64,000 nucleotides of DNA from the human T2T-CHM13v2.0 reference genome, Homo sapiens. Of the stretch, positions 1 through 15,850 are shown in pieces. The stretch lies in NCBI RefSeq assembly GCF_009914755.1, contig NC_060944.1; one strand, written 5' to 3'. The position numbers and the translations under genes were made by a program. The first letter of the stretch is position 1; every line of letters starts with the position of its first letter. The notes below the pieces were generated by a model. It made no database searches. It had not been told where the DNA came from and saw nothing but the letters and a program-made list of their open reading frames with translations.

Positions 1-779
1 AGGACATTTGGGAAATTATGTAATCTGTTCAACATGTATTTGTTGAACACCTACTATGTGCCACATACCATAAGCCCTGTGAAGGTAGGACTCACATCTG
101 TCATTGCCACTGCCACCGAGGAACCACTTCACATGTTTGTATAATGAATGAATGGGTGAGTGAATGGATGTTATACTGAGCCACATCCTCAGTATCCTTG
201 AGGAGAGGGTGGAGAGACGTGAATGACTTGATTTTGGTATTAGGTGGAGTGGGAGGCAACATGATAGAGTGGACAGAAAAATGAGAATCTCTGGATTGGA
301 ATCCTGGACTTCTCTCTCTGCAGTTAGATGAGATGTGTAACCTCTCTGAGCCACTTTCTTGTGTTTGGCAGGGGCAGGACAAAAGTCCTGCTCTTCTTGC
401 CTTTTCCCCTGGCTGAGATGATCAAGGGAAATTTCTTGGCTCAAGGTCTGGCGCATGATAGAGGCTCAATGAATGTTACTTGCTATCCATCCTGCTTTTT
501 TTTTTTTCTTGAATGATCAATAAATCAGTGAACCCATAGTTGGTATCAGCCACGAGGGAATCTTTTATTGAGGTGTCATTAGGGTTTGTCCTTGATCTCT
601 CCCTGTTGACATTTTCAGAAATATGTCAAATAAGCATGAAACAACAGTCCAATTACTGCTCCCAGGGCATCCTGTTCTTCATAGTATGATCCTTGGTTTT
701 AAATCCTGTGCTGCTTTTGTCTATTAGACTAGATTTCCACTAGGGTAGGGAATTAATCTTGCTCATTGGAGCAGACTAG

Positions 780-1091
<312 letters not shown>

Positions 1092-1385
1092 TCAGAACAT
1101 GTTTTTGCCAAAGGACTAAATAAATGGATGGATGAGAGACAGAGATGGCCTTGCAGTACCGTTGTTGATGGGACATAGATGGGCAGGATAGTTTATTGTG
1201 CAGTAGCACCAAACATAAGAAGCTTTCTTGAGGTGATAGCACTGGGCTGAGTTTTACAGAATAAAATTGGACGGACAAAACTGTCAGCCTCTGCACACGG
1301 ATCCTGTAAACCAGCTGTATAAACATAAGCGTGGGTGAGAGCGACCACTTAACCTTGTCCTTCTTGATTCCTTAGTCGTTTGGAG

Positions 1386-1600
1386 CAGAGGTTGGCAATG
1401 TTTTCTACAAATGGCCAGACAGTAAATATTTTAGGCTTTGAGGACCCTGCAGTCTCTGTTGCCGCTATTCAAGTCTTGTTGTAAAAGCAGCCTTAGACAG
1501 TATCTAAGCAAAGGAGTGTAGCTGTGTGCCAGTAAAACTTTATTTACAAAAGCAGGCAGCCAGCAGATTTGGCCCGTGGGTGGGTGGTTGCCAATTCCTG
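1386..1600 (+). mobile_element. MER58A hAT-Charlie MITE
   Basis: Terminal inverted repeats cagaggttggcaa...ttgccaattcctg. Internal agtaaatattttaggctttg and aaactttatttacaaaa. Confidence 0.85.
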
Positions 1601-2149
1601 ATTTAAAATACAGCCCCAGGGAGTAATCTTACAGCCATACAGCTTCACATCCACCTTAATTAACATTGACTCTGGGCAGCTGTGCTCCCATTTCACAGAG
1701 GAGAACACTGAGGCGGATAGGCAAAGAGTCTGTTGCAGAGCTGGACTCAGCAGGGCTGTTGCTCCAGACATGGCAAAAAATATCAGCTGCCACGGAACAC
1801 ATTATACGTCACGCACTTAACATGCATCATCCACAGAGCATCCTCATTGACCTGGAGAGGTCTATCCTCTTATTCTCCTTTTTACGGTTGAATAAACCTG
1901 GGCTCAAGGAGGTTAAATGACTGACTTATGGTCCCACAGCAAATGATTTAGCATTTATTTAAGAAGATTTATTGAGCATCCACTCTCTTCCAGATGCTTT
2001 TGTACAGTTGGGGCTAAGGGAAACCCCTGACCTCAACGTGCTTACATTGTACTTGAGGAGAGTGGACAATGAATGAATGAAATGAATCAACAATATAGAA
2101 CGTTAGAAGGGAATAAGGGCCTGTCAGTCAGGACAGGCATGGCTTAAAG

Positions 2150-2322
2150 CAAGAGTCGGCAAACTCTGACCCGTGGGTCAAATCCTGCCCACTGCCTGTT
2201 TCTGTAAATCAAGTTTTAGTGGAACACAGCCATGCCCATATGCTTCTGTGCCTATTTTCATGCTATGGGAGAGTTAAGTTGCTGCAGCAGGAATTGTGTG
2301 GCTCTCAAAGCCAGAAATTTTG
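2150..2322 (-). mobile_element. MER58A fragment
   Basis: gtcggcaaact...tgtaaatcaagttttagtggaacacagccatgc. Confidence 0.75.
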
Positions 2323-3126
2323 TGACCTCTGGTTTCAACCAGGGTTTATTTCTTGTTGATGCTTTATGCCCCTCTGGGTGGGCCCAAGAGCACAGCCTAT
2401 TGGTCCCTCAGGGAACCAGGCCAGTGGGGCACCCACTACCTTGAATATTTGCAAGGCAAAGCAAGATTCTGGAAAGAGTCTCATATGGGCAATTAGGTGC
2501 CTGGCCTAGAAGTGACATGTGCCATTTCTGCTCAGAATTTTTTGGCTTTACCCAACAGAAAGAGTTCTAACTTTGCCATGGGTTTAGAAGGTGAAGAGCT
2601 AGAAATATTTGGTGAGTTGCCCTGATGACCACATGTGCTATGAGAAATAAGTAACCAGGGTAAGCTGACAGGAAGTGCCAGGGGCTTTTCAATTTTAAGC
2701 AATGCCTCCAGGGAGGGCGTGGATGAGAAGTCAGCTGGGATTTGAGCCCAGGTCTACCCATCTTGAAAGAGTGTCCTCTCACCCTCCATGCTATGCTACT
2801 GTACCCTCCATAGCCCATAAAGAACGGTTGCTGGGAAGGTCATTTGCTGGCCAGATGGGGAAGCACACTCCCCTTGTGAACTCTTGCCAAAGGCCTCACT
2901 GCCCCTGTCCCCAGCCGCCTCACTCCAGCTGTGGGATTTCTGACTCTCACAGGTCACAACCCCATAGCGATCACAACCAGGCACTTTGCTCTCCAGTCCT
3001 GGGAGAGATGGGCTGGGGGAGGAGGGCGAGAGGCCCTCTCTGCGAGGCTGTGACTCCACGAGGCACTACATTAACGTTATTAATAACCCTCTCAGCCTTT
3101 ATTGAAAAGATGCTCTCCGTGCCTGA

Positions 3127-3707
<581 letters not shown>

Positions 3708-4362
3708 TAGTGTGCATACAAGGACAGCAAGACTCAAAGGAGCCAAGTGAGTCCCCAGGGGCACAGAGCTGTGGCCAAGTGAGCAGTAGTGGGGGTCCTA
3801 CAAGGCGGGGGCTGATTTTTCTACAAAAATATAAACTAGATTTCTCTCTCTTTCTCTCTCTCTCTTTCTCTCTCCTCCCTCCTTCTTCTTCTCGTGATAT
3901 ATAATAAACTGTTTTAGCACCAGAAAAAAAAACTCACAACATCCACAGTGATGGTAACACCGCCACCAGCTAATGCAATCAGTGCTGGGCTAAAGGATTT
4001 CTGTTAATTCCCCTCTTTGAATTCTCACCATAGTCCTCTGTGGGTTTTATCGTTGACCTCATTTTACAGAGGAGGACCCTGAGTTCTGGGGAGATTAGGT
4101 ATCTTGTCTAAAGTCATACAGCAAGTAAGTGCAGAGCTGGGACTCAAAGCCAGTTCTGATTCCAAAGCATGTTCTCGTATCCTGCATACCACATCATCTC
4201 CTTTTTTGTTGTTGTTGTTGTTCTTGTCCCCTTTTCAGATTCCAGAGGAGTGACAGGCTCATGTGCATGGACACCTTCTCCAATAACCGTTCCTTTGTCT
4301 CTCTCAGGTCCCTTCCTCTAGAATAGTCTCAATATGAGCACTTGGTCAATGGAGTGGGATTT

Positions 4363-5055
4363 GCATTAGTTTGCTCAGGCTGTTGTAAAAAAGTTGCACA
4401 AACAGAGTGACTTTAACAACAGACATTTATTTTCTCACAATTCTGGAGGCTACAAGTCTGAGTTAAAGGTGTTGGCAGGGTTGGTTTCTTCTAAGGCCTC
4501 TCCCATTGGTTTGCGGATGGCTGTCTCTTCACTGTGTCTTCACATGGTCTTCCTTCTGTGTATGTCTATGCCCTATTTTCCTCTTCTTATAAGAAAACCG
4601 ATCATATTGAACCAGGCCCCCCCACCCCAGTGACTTTATTTAAGTTTATATATATTTTCTTTTTTGAGACAGGGTCTGGCTCTGTCATCCAGGCTGGAAT
4701 GCAGTGGCATGATCTCAGCTCCCTGCAACCTCTGGCTCCCAGGCTAAAGCCATCCTCCCACCTCAGTCTCCTGAGTAGCTGCCAGCATGCCCAGCTAATT
4801 ATTTTTGTATTTTTTTGTAGAGATGGGGTTTCACCATGTTGCCCAGGCCCCAGGCTGGTCTCGAACTCCTGAGCACAAGCCATCTGCCTGCCTTGGTCTC
4901 TCAAAGTGCTGGGATCACAGGTGTGAGCCACCATGCCCAGCCTCAATTTTAATTACCTGTGTAAAGGCCCTATTTCAGAATACAGTAACATTCTGCAGTA
5001 TTGGGCACTGGGGACTTCAACGTATGAATTTTGGGGGAATGGAATTCATCCCATG
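4363..5055 (-). mobile_element. MLT1B-like MaLR solo LTR interrupted by an Alu
   Basis: attagtttgctcaggctg...tctcacaattctggaggctacaagtc, resuming after the Alu with taattacctgtgtaaaggccctatttc. Confidence 0.8.
4655..4942 (-). mobile_element. Alu SINE (AluJ-like)
   Basis: gagacagggtct... and catcctcccacctcag are AluJ features. Confidence 0.93.
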
Positions 5056-6349
5056 CAGGATTCAAGACCAACTTCCCGGCATCTGAAGCTCTCTGGGGTC
5101 AGAAGAGAACATCCATGGAGTTCTGCAGTGGAGCACTGGAGGCAACTGGCTCCTGTCTACACTGAAAGCTCTCATTCCCCAGGCCTCACTGGAGCGCAGG
5201 TCACATTGATTCCATCTCGAAATGGTCCTCTCAAAAGGGCAGGAACTGTCTATAATTCCCAAAGTCTTCTCTTCCATTCTAGGCCCTGGGCACACAGTTG
5301 CCCCACAGCTGTTCCTTCCTTCACATACTTTTCGCCGTTGCCCATTTAAGATGTGCTTCTGGGTATATCTGCAATCTTCAGGCCTAGGATGCCTCCTGTT
5401 TCTCTTCCCTGGGTTTGTGCTTTTTATTTCTGCTCTCTTTCCATGACTGACTACATCCTTCCTGGCCTCCCTCCCTCTTTCCTTTCCTTCTTACCTCCCT
5501 TTCTCTCTCCCTTAGTCCTTTCTTTCTAACTCTCTTCCTTACCCCCAAAACCATTCTCTATACACGTGTCCCATGTTAGGGACTGTGCTAGATGCTGGGG
5601 ATTCAATGAAGAGCCTAAACTAAAAATTTAAAGCAAAGATAGATGCAAAACTGGAACCTCTCTAACATAGGCCCCATTCTCATGCAACTTCAGACTAGGA
5701 AGGAAAAGGGTAACGAAAGATTACTGCAAGTTAATGCATGGAAAATTGCACCTGCGAAAGTGGCAAGGAAAGGCAGTTGTCATGAGAACATAAAATAGAA
5801 AGATTTCTTCTTGCCAGGGAGGCCAGCGGGTGAGGCTGAGCTGAGCCGAGCCTTGGAGGAGGCATGAGGCTTAACTGGGCAAGGTGACAGATGGGGCAGA
5901 GGTTTCATGCACGAGGCAAATGATTTAGGCTGTGCAAGGAAAAAGCTGAGCGCGATTGAAGAGACAAAAGTAGGACAGTGTAATTGGAGGAAAGAGAGCA
6001 AGAAGCAATGTATGAGATGAGGTTGGCAGAGGCCAGATCATGAGAAGCATTAATGATTTGTTGAGAAATCCATTCATTTAGCCTCAGTGGAATGTGGAGC
6101 CACTGATGGGTATTGAGCAGGGAGTGGGACTAGGCAAAGAGACCAGGTTGGTGAGTACAAAAGATCATCCAGGCTGTTGAAAGAAACCTGAGTGGAGGTG
6201 GGGAGGTCTGAGCATGTGGCTGGGTGGGGTGGGATATGTTAACAGATAGATATCTTTCATTCTATGCACCCATTGGACTTTTTACTTTTTCCTTAGTAGA
6301 AGCTGTCGCTTGTAAGACCAGATAGCAAAGACACTAAATTATTGTCTTT

Positions 6350-7167
<818 letters not shown>

Positions 7168-7834
7168 GTGTATGGGTTCTGAATTGTGGACTTTTAAATT
7201 TTCAAGGTGTGTGGCAGAAAACGAAACAACCTTGCCAAGCTAGTGCCCTCTATCCCAAATACTTAAAGAACTTCTGGGTTTCTAAATGGATGGAAATGAG
7301 GGAGAGAGCATGGCACTTAGACGTGATGATTTAGTCCTAAAAAGGACAGAATCAAGCACCCTGCAGTGTGCTTCTCTTGGATGGCTGGGGCAGCTCTGTG
7401 GTGAATTTCCATCCTCCACTCTTTTCCCCGGCTCTGTCATCCACTCTACTCCCAGCTTTTAGATTTGCTGAAAGCCCACCTCTGCCTGTGCTCTGCAGGC
7501 CACAGCATCTCCCCTCTTCCCCCTCCCCTCTCCCCTTTCCTATGAGGTGAGGTATAGACCTCTTGGGACGTCCTCTGGATCTCTTTACCTATGGGCCCCA
7601 GCCAACCTGATATCCCCCATCTTCCTGGTAAATTCCTTCCTAGTTTAACTGTGACTTTTCTGTACCTGACCTTATTCTACCACTGGTGTCTGTGTTCATC
7701 TGTATCCTTCCATCGGGAAAACTCATTTTCTTCAATTCTGCCTTTACAAATTCTACTCACCCTTCAAGGCCTCAGCATACCCCTTCACCCCTGCCACCTT
7801 GTTTCTCATCTTCACGTGACCTCTTTCAGGTTTT

Positions 7835-8400
7835 AGCTCAAATGTTACCTCCTTAGAGAAGTCTTCCCACCCCAACTCCACTCCCCTCTGTCCTGACTGA
7901 TTTTGTTGCTAGTACTTTCAGTCTCTGAAGTTATTCTATTGGTTGACTTGTTTCCTGTATTTTCTACAGGAAGTTTTGAGTACGTCAAGATCCAGTCTGT
8001 CTTGGCCTCCACTGTAACCCTGGTACTTGGAACAGGGGATGGCACACAAAGATACTCAGTCCGTATGTACTCAGAGACTGATTGACACATAAATTATAGT
8101 GATTGCGTTTAGTTAAATAATAATAATAATGAAAATAATAATAATAGTAGTTTTACGGCTGGGGTAGCCGCACTTTCCTCCGAACTCTACAACTTGCTGT
8201 CTTGGCTTTTGCTGTGGATTGCTCTATATCAAGGGTCACAGATGAATCTGGATAGGTCTGCCTTTATGCAGATGCAGAGTCCCTTGAGAGGGTTGGTATT
8301 CTTCATCTCTGGATCTCCTTTAGCCCCTGGCCCAGGAGTTGGCACTTGGAAAGCTGTCATGGTAAATATTCTGAATGAACAAATATTTGAATGAATGAGA
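7835..8400 (+). mobile_element. L2 3' fragments
   Basis: ctcaaatgttacctcc; ggcacacaaagatactcagt; terminal tgaatgaatga. Confidence 0.6.
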
Positions 8401-10258
8401 AAGAGCAGCTATCATTGCTTCTATTTTGCAACTAGTAATAGTCCAGTTTAGTGTGCAGACCCATGCCAGCAGCAGAGCTGGGCAGAGGAGCCAGGCATCA
8501 TCCTCTCTCTCCCCACACCCTCTGCATGCACTTGGCCTCCCTGTCTCCTGCTCTCTAGGCTCTTAGGAGTACAATATAGTTTGTACAATAAGTACAAACC
8601 CATAAAGCTCCCTCCAGTATATCTTGCTTAACCGCTCTTATCAGAATAGAGGAGAACTGAAAGGGCTTTCGAAAGAGCCATCTGTTAGTTTTCATAAAGA
8701 CATTATGTGCTTCCCATCACAGGGTTTTTGCTGTCTCTGTCATGTGTCCGCCCTCCCTCCGCTGTCTGAGAGAGCAGGAGCGTGGTGCCTCTCCACTTTC
8801 CTGTCTGTGCATGGCTGCTGGAGGTGGGCTGCAGATGAGTATTTATCTAAAAGTGAAGAGATCTGACTTATAAGCAAGCCTGATATTAAATGTATAAATA
8901 ATGCATCCTGTGGCATTATTTATAATGCAATAACATCCCTATAATGTAATAAAAGTATGCAGGTTCCCAGCACTTTTCTTAACCCCTTAATGTCTTGGAA
9001 GATGCTGTGGGTTTACCAGCTTCCTCATGCCTCAGGGGCTTTGGGCCATATGCCAAGCCTGGCCAGGCCCTGGCTCCTAAACAGCTGAAGCGTCTTCATA
9101 ACCACCTGCAGGATAAGCTCAGTCCCAGTATATGGGGTAGTGATTTCCAAACTTTGTTGTGAGTCAGAATGGAGATTTCCTACCTTCAACCTACTGTTTT
9201 GGAATCTCATAGCATGGGGAGGGGACATTTGTGTGTTTAACCAGCTCCCTGGTAGGTTCTAAGCCATGTACATAAGGACTCTTGGTCAGTCCTGCCTTGT
9301 GACAGAATAGACTAATGAGCAGCTCCAGATCATTGCTATGGGACTCAAAATCAAGTCAATCTTGCTAGGACTGCACTGGCCTGGTGCCTCAGTTTCAGCT
9401 CCTGCTCATCTGCCCAGAATGCACATTCCTCCTGTCACTCAACATCAACTGTGTGTCTGAACCCAGCCACCCGCTGGCAGGCTCCCTCAAGGCCAACTGG
9501 TGCCTAACCGGTCCTCTGAGTTTTGCCTGCTCTGGTATTTTCTCACTTATCAGGTGGCAGAAAACTCTGGGTTGACCCAGGAAACCAGTGCTTACTTAGG
9601 TGCCTGTGTCTGATGTCTTGTAAATTCCCCTGGTTTCCAGACTGGCCTGGGATCCCAGTGCTACCCAGAGATCTACCTTTCTTTTGGGGTCTGTTTCTCA
9701 TTCTCCAAAGTGGCTGTCTTGTGGTATCTAGTGTCCTTGGATTTCCAATATCTCCCTTTTACAAAAAAAAAAGACAACCTTATATACTGGGACAATGAAA
9801 AAACAGAACCCATCAGTGGCATGGATACTCTGAACTTTCTGTTCCTCACCGTGGCTGCCCACCTTCAAGTATATCTCTGCCTGTATCCATGCTGTCTGTC
9901 ATCTTTCCCACCACAATGGAAGAGGTTTATGGTCTCCACCATTAGGTGACATTCCTCACTTGTGCTCTGGACCCCAACCCTGCAGCCTCCCCAGGTAACT
10001 CTCTCTATAGACAATCTCTTCTCTTTCTCCTGAATCTTCAACATGTTTCCCTACTGGTTTTCCATCAGCTTCTAAACATGATCAGCTTCTCTCACCCAAC
10101 TATCATCATTTGGCTCAAGGCTTCTTCTAGCTACTATCCTATCTTCTCCCCCATCTCAACCATATTTCATAATAATAGTGGTATGTATTTGTTGACTCTT
10201 GTCAATGGATACAGTGACAATATATAGTGAATGTGCTAACTCGCCTAGTATTAATTAT

Positions 10259-10412
10259 TTTTTTTCGAGATAGGGTTTCATTATGTTGCCCAGGCTGGAG
10301 GGCAGTGGGCTATTCCCGGCTTCATTGTAGCATACCACAACCTTGAACTCCTGGCCTCAAGCAATCCTCTCACCTCAGTCTCTTGAGTAGCTGAAAGTAC
10401 ATTGTACTTGGC
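10259..10412 (-). mobile_element. FAM (fossil Alu monomer) inserted in a MIR (about 10170-10555)
   Basis: Retains the 7SL-derived ggcagtgggctattc...gc segment that is diagnostic of FAM. MIR sequence on both sides. Confidence 0.8.
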
Positions 10413-11113
10413 TTAACTTATTTAATCTTCACAATAATCCTATGAAAAATTTATACTAGATGAGTTAACACCTAATTAAGGTATAGAGAGATTTGGTGAC
10501 TTGCCCGGGGTACATACTAGTGTAAGGTTTGATCCTAGGCAGTCTGACTTCAAAGCAAATGTCTACATTTGCCTGTGAATCTTTCTCACCTGTTAGTCCT
10601 CCACGATTTGATTTCTACTCTCAGGTCAGCAGAGATCTCTGCATTGTTACATCCAGTGGGGACTTTTGGGGCCTAGTTGCACCTGATAGCACTGACCTCC
10701 TTATTCATTTTTGACCTTCGCTTCTTTTGTTCTTGGGTCCCCACAGTCTCCTTGTTTTCCTTTTACCTCTCTGGTCACTTCTTAGTCACATTTGCAGGCT
10801 CTTCTCTCTTGGCCCAAGACCTTACATTTTGGGATGTTCCAGGGTTCTATTCTTTTCCTTCTTTCCACTCTGCACACTGTCCCTGTCTTAATTTGTCAAC
10901 TACATTCTAAGAACCTCAAGTTTTTGTTCTGATAACTAAACCAGAGGTCCATTTGTTTGCTTAAAATCTCAAAACAAATATTTCCCTAATTTAATCAATA
11001 TTTGGCCTGATGTCGGCTCTTCCTCTTCCCTTTTCTGTCTCAGTCAATGACCACCAAGCATTCATCCAATTGCTCTGGCTGAAATTTGCATAGCATTTTT
11101 AACTTTTCTGTCT

Positions 11114-11408
11114 ATTTTTTTGAGACGGAGTCTCACCTTGTCACCCAGGCTGGAGTGCATGGTGCGATCTTGGCTCATTACAACCTCTGCCTCCCGGGTT
11201 CAAGCAACTGTCCTGCCTCAGCCACCTGAGTAGCTGGGATTACAGGCGCACGCCATCACACCTGGCTATTTTTTTTTTTGTGTGTCTTTAGTAGAGATGG
11301 GGTTTCACCATGTTGGCCAGGCTGGTCTTGAACTCCTCACCTTGTGATCCACCTGCCTCGGCCTCCCAAAGCGCTAGGATTACAGGCATGAACCACCGCA
11401 CCCTGCCC
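11114..11408 (-). mobile_element. Alu SINE (AluS)
   Basis: 13-bp TSD AACTTTTCTGTCT at 11101-11113 and 11409-11421. Confidence 0.97.
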
Positions 11409-12094
11409 AACTTTTCTGTCTCTTTTACCCACTCTATCTAAACAATCACCAAGTTATATGAATTCTATCTACTAAATCTCCCCTACTCTCAACCCCGTCC
11501 ACTTTCGCACTCCTCCTGATGCCCCCTGGGTCTCAATTTCCATCATCTCCTTCTTGAATTCTTGCTACCAGTTTCTAATTGGTCTCTTGATTCCAGTCTT
11601 GTGGTCCTCTATACATTAGTTATGAACTATTTAAAGTATACAGAAAATTACAGATAATGGTAAAACAGACACTCATTCATCTACCACTTAGATTTAACAA
11701 ACATTAGTATTTTGCCATATTTGGATTAACTAATTGAAAAATAAAATGTTACAAATACAGTTAAAGAGCCCCATTCTTTTCTTACACATCTTTCTATCCC
11801 AAAGATAACTACTGACAAGCTGGTGTATATCTTTTCTATGTTTTAAAAATTCATATGTAAATATATATCTACAATTTGCATGATTTAAATATTTAAAATT
11901 CATATAAGTTATACTGCATGTATAATTCTGAAAAAAATTAATATTATACCTTTGAGATTTATCGATGTTGATACGTAGAGCTCTGATTCATTCATTTGAG
12001 CTGCTATGCTAAACTGTAGTTATAATCTATACTTTCCTTATCAGTTTCCCTATCCCTGGTTGCATCCAGCCTTTCTCTGTTATAATAAACGCTT

Positions 12095-12682
12095 GAAGAG
12101 AAATCTGCACTCCCATGTTTATTGCAGCATTATTCACAATAGCCAAGATATGGAGCCAACCTAAGTGTCCATCAACAGATGAGTGAACAAAGAAAAGGTG
12201 GTACATATCCACAATGGAATACTATTCAGCCATAAAAAAAGAATGAAATTCTGCCATTCCTGGAAATGTAGATGAATGAAATAAGTCAGACACAGAAAGA
12301 TAAATACCACATGTTCTCACTCATATGTAGGAGCTAAAAATGTTGGACTCATAGAAGCAAAGAGTAGAATTGTAGTTACTGGAGGTTGGGAAGGGTAGTG
12401 GGGAGGGAAGAAAAAGGAAGTTGGTTAATGGATGCAAAAATATAGCTAGATAGGAGGAATAAGTTCTATTGTTCCATAGCTCTGTAGGGTGACTATAGTT
12501 AACAATAATTTATTGTATATTTTTAAATAGCTAGAAGAGAGGGCTTTTAATGTTCTCAACACAAAGAAATGACAAGTGTTGGAGGTGATGAATTTGCTAA
12601 TCACCACATATTGTATAGTGTATCCAAATATCACTCTGTATCCCATTAATATACACAGTTACTGTGTGTCAATTAAAAAGAA
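12095..12682 (+). mobile_element. L1MA-type 3' end, nested in an older antisense L1ME (about 11620-13860)
   Basis: ctgcactcccatgtttattgcagcattattcacaatagccaag... followed by 3'UTR to aattaaaa. Confidence 0.88.
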
Positions 12683-12880
12683 GGTTAAGAAACAAGCAAG
12701 CATGCTATGCCTTGGCAAAGAAATGTCTTAGATGACTCAGAAAGTAATCTGAGACTCAAAGATACACATGGAGAATTTAAACAAAGTTGTTCCATGTTGT
12801 GAAAAAAGTGCTGCAATAAACATACTTATTCAAGGATCCTTAAATATTTATGTGTTTCTCTCCTTTTCAGGGTTAGATCT

Positions 12881-13281
12881 TGTATAGTCTGTTCTCACAT
12901 TGCTGTAAAGAAATACCTGAGACTGGGTAATTTATAAAGAAAAGAGGTTTAATTGGCTCATGATTCTGCAGGCTGTACGGGAAGCATGGTGCTGGCAGCT
13001 GCTCAGCTTCTGGAAAGTCCTCAAGAAACTTACAATCATGGCAGAAGGCAGAGGGGAAGCAAGGTGTCTCACATGGTGGGAGCACGAGCAAGAGAGAGAG
13101 GGGGAAGGTGCTACACACTTTTAAACAACCAGATCTCATGGTAACTCACTATCAGGAGAACAGCACCAAGGGGATGGTGATAAACCATTCATGAGAAACT
13201 GTCTCCCACCAGGGCCCACCTCCAATACTGGGGACTACAATTCCACATGAGACTTGGTGGGTCACGATCTAAACCGTATCA
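12881..13281 (-). mobile_element. MSTA/MSTB MaLR solo LTR
   Basis: TG...CA ends. 5-bp TSD GATCT at 12876-12880 and 13282-13286. Confidence 0.92.
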
Positions 13282-13322
13282 GATCTAAAATGAGAATAGT
13301 TGAGCATTATGCTATAAGCATC

Positions 13323-13679
13323 TGTCTTAGTCTGTTCAGGCTGCTATAACAAAATACTACAAAAAGGTGGCTTATAAACAGCAGAAGTTTCTTACAGTTC
13401 TGGCATCTAGGAAGTCCAAGATCAAGGAACTGGCAGATTTAGGGTGTGGTGAGGGTCCACTTTCTCATAGACAGTCTTCTTTCCACTCCAACTGCACATG
13501 GTGGAAGTGGTAAGGGGTCTGTCTTGGGTTTCTTTTATAAGAGCACTAATCCCATTTCTGAGGTTCCACCTCCATGACCTAATCACTTTCCAAAGTCTCC
13601 ACATTCTCTTACCATCACCTTGGGGGATGAGGATTTCAACATATGACTTTGGGGGAACATAAATGTTCAGCTCACAGTG
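13323..13679 (-). mobile_element. MLT1A0-like MaLR solo LTR
   Basis: tgtcttagtctgttcaggctgctataacaaaatac...ggatttcaacatatga. Confidence 0.85.
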
Positions 13680-14189
13680 TATCTTTACCAGATTTTGCCA
13701 TTTTTTTTACAACGGTTTTCATCAATTTATACTTCCATCAAGAGTTATCAGAATTTTCATTTTCTTACATTTTCACCGCAACTCACAAATACTTAAATAT
13801 GAAGAGTGAGAAGTGGTACATCATTGTTTTAATTTGTGTTTAATTGTGTTTCATACGAGAAATAGAGCATCAGAGAAGGAACAAAATTTTTGACTTTCCA
13901 GGTTATGAGGACTACTTTGATTGAATTAAATGGGTAGGGCAGAAGTCTGCTGAGCAGGAGGGGCACACAAAGGGAGAACACAGTAGGAAGGGTTGAGGTG
14001 GGAGGAGCCTGCACTTGTGATCAGGACTTAGAATGTGTGACAAAAACTAGTGCTGCACATATCACCTGAGCTGAGACTGGGAACCTCTTCTGACTCATCC
14101 TCAGATGGAAATAACCCCAGTGACTGCTCCCTGCATCCCACAGAAAAGCCTGCTTCTGGTGCCTTCTGTTTCTGAGTTGTTTTACCTTG

Positions 14190-14208
14190 CAGCCTCTAGG
14201 TGGCGCAC
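14190..14208 (+). promoter_or_regulatory. CTCF motif candidate
   Basis: CAGCCTCTAGGTGGCGCAC closely matches the CTCF core and retains its CpG. Confidence 0.55.
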
Positions 14209-15479
14209 CTGAGTTCTAGCTGCTCAGGCCTGTGGAAAGCGCAGGGATGACTAACAGAAGAACTGGGAGTTATCCAAGAGCCGAGGTCCTAGGGTGAAGA
14301 GGTGCAGGGGAGCTCAAGCCAGTGTTTAGTAATAATTTTAAAACCCTAATTGCAAGGGGTGAAGCAGATTATAACAGTTACAGTGATGATATGAAGAGCA
14401 GTATAATACAGATTTTAATTAATTTTTCATTCAGCACATATTTGTTGAATGTCTGTTGTATGCTAGCAACTGTTGTAGGTGCTGGGCATGCAATTAGCAG
14501 TCAATAAAGCAAGACCCCTGCTTGCAGTCTAGTGGGGGAGGAAGATAGGCAATAAGGAAACAAAATGCTTGGATGCAAAGGACAGAGTAAGGCAAGTGGA
14601 GGAATTAGTGATATGGTAGACACACTAGGGGATGGTTTCCCAGAGCAGAGTTTTGCCATATGAAATAGGAGCCCACCTTGCAATCCAGCCAGTGGAGCAG
14701 GAATAGTAAAGAGAGGACTTTAGGGATTGGGGAAAAATGTGTGCCCAGACCCAGAAGTCTCAACCACAGGAAGGAGGGACTCAGGAAACTGTCTGGGAGT
14801 CACTGAATGTTGTCGGTTGTGAAGTGCAGGGAGATGAGGCCACAGAGGTGTTTAGGAGCCGGGTCATGGTTGGACAAGCTATGGGGTTGGAGCTTTATCC
14901 AGTGGTGATGGGAAAGCAGAGGGCGATTTTAAGTGAGTGGATTTGCCAGTAGCATCTTGGGGGATAAACTGGAAGCGGGGAGACTTAAGCTAGGGAGACT
15001 AGTGGGAGGCAGTGTGTGCAGCTGTCCAGGAGGTGTCAGGGAAGAGGTATGGGGCCTGAATCAGCTCAGTGTTACTGGAGATGAAGGAAAGGAGGTAGGT
15101 TTGACTGAATTTGGTGACCGACTGAACATGGCAGTGGGAGGGACAGGGAGGAGTCCTCAATGCCCTGGCCCCTGGCCTGAGTGACCATTCACATTGCCTG
15201 AGTGGCTCCCTTTGCCCTATGCATGTGTCTTCCTGACCCCAGAGTCATTTTTATTACTTTCAAGTGTGTAGAGTAACCAGAACTGAACTAATAAAGTGCA
15301 GCAGTTCTGCTTTAATGAGCAGAAAAGAGTAATTTGTAATTAGCATATACATTATTTGTACATAATGAGTGCTTCCAAAGTCCTTATGGGGTTGTTTGTC
15401 TTCCTAAGTATTTAAAACCCCACCTCCTCCCAACCATCTTGTTTATGCTGTTTATTTGTACTATCTGTTCTTAAAAATG

Positions 15480-15850
15480 CACCCACGTGCATATGTACAC
15501 ACTGACACATTCATTCGCCTGCAGCCATCTGTACATTGTCTGCAGCCAGAGAGGCACACATAGGAACACGCAGCTACCATTTCACTCATTTGTAAATGTA
15601 ACCCCACACTTGCATGCACCAGCACAGATACACAAACACTCAGGTCTACACATAAAAATGCACATGCATGTGTACACACATGTACATGTACCTGTTCCCT
15701 TGTATATACACATGCCCAGGAAGTACACAGAACATGTACTTTCATAAGAAGCCACAGGTGCAAACTTGCATTTATAACTGTGCCCATGCACATACATGTG
15801 TATACACACAGGTCACAGGCCTACATGCACACATGTTCAAACAGATACAT
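15480..15850. repeat. Degenerate (CA/TA/TG) purine-pyrimidine tract
   Basis: cacatgcatgtgtacacacatgtacatg... Confidence 0.8.
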
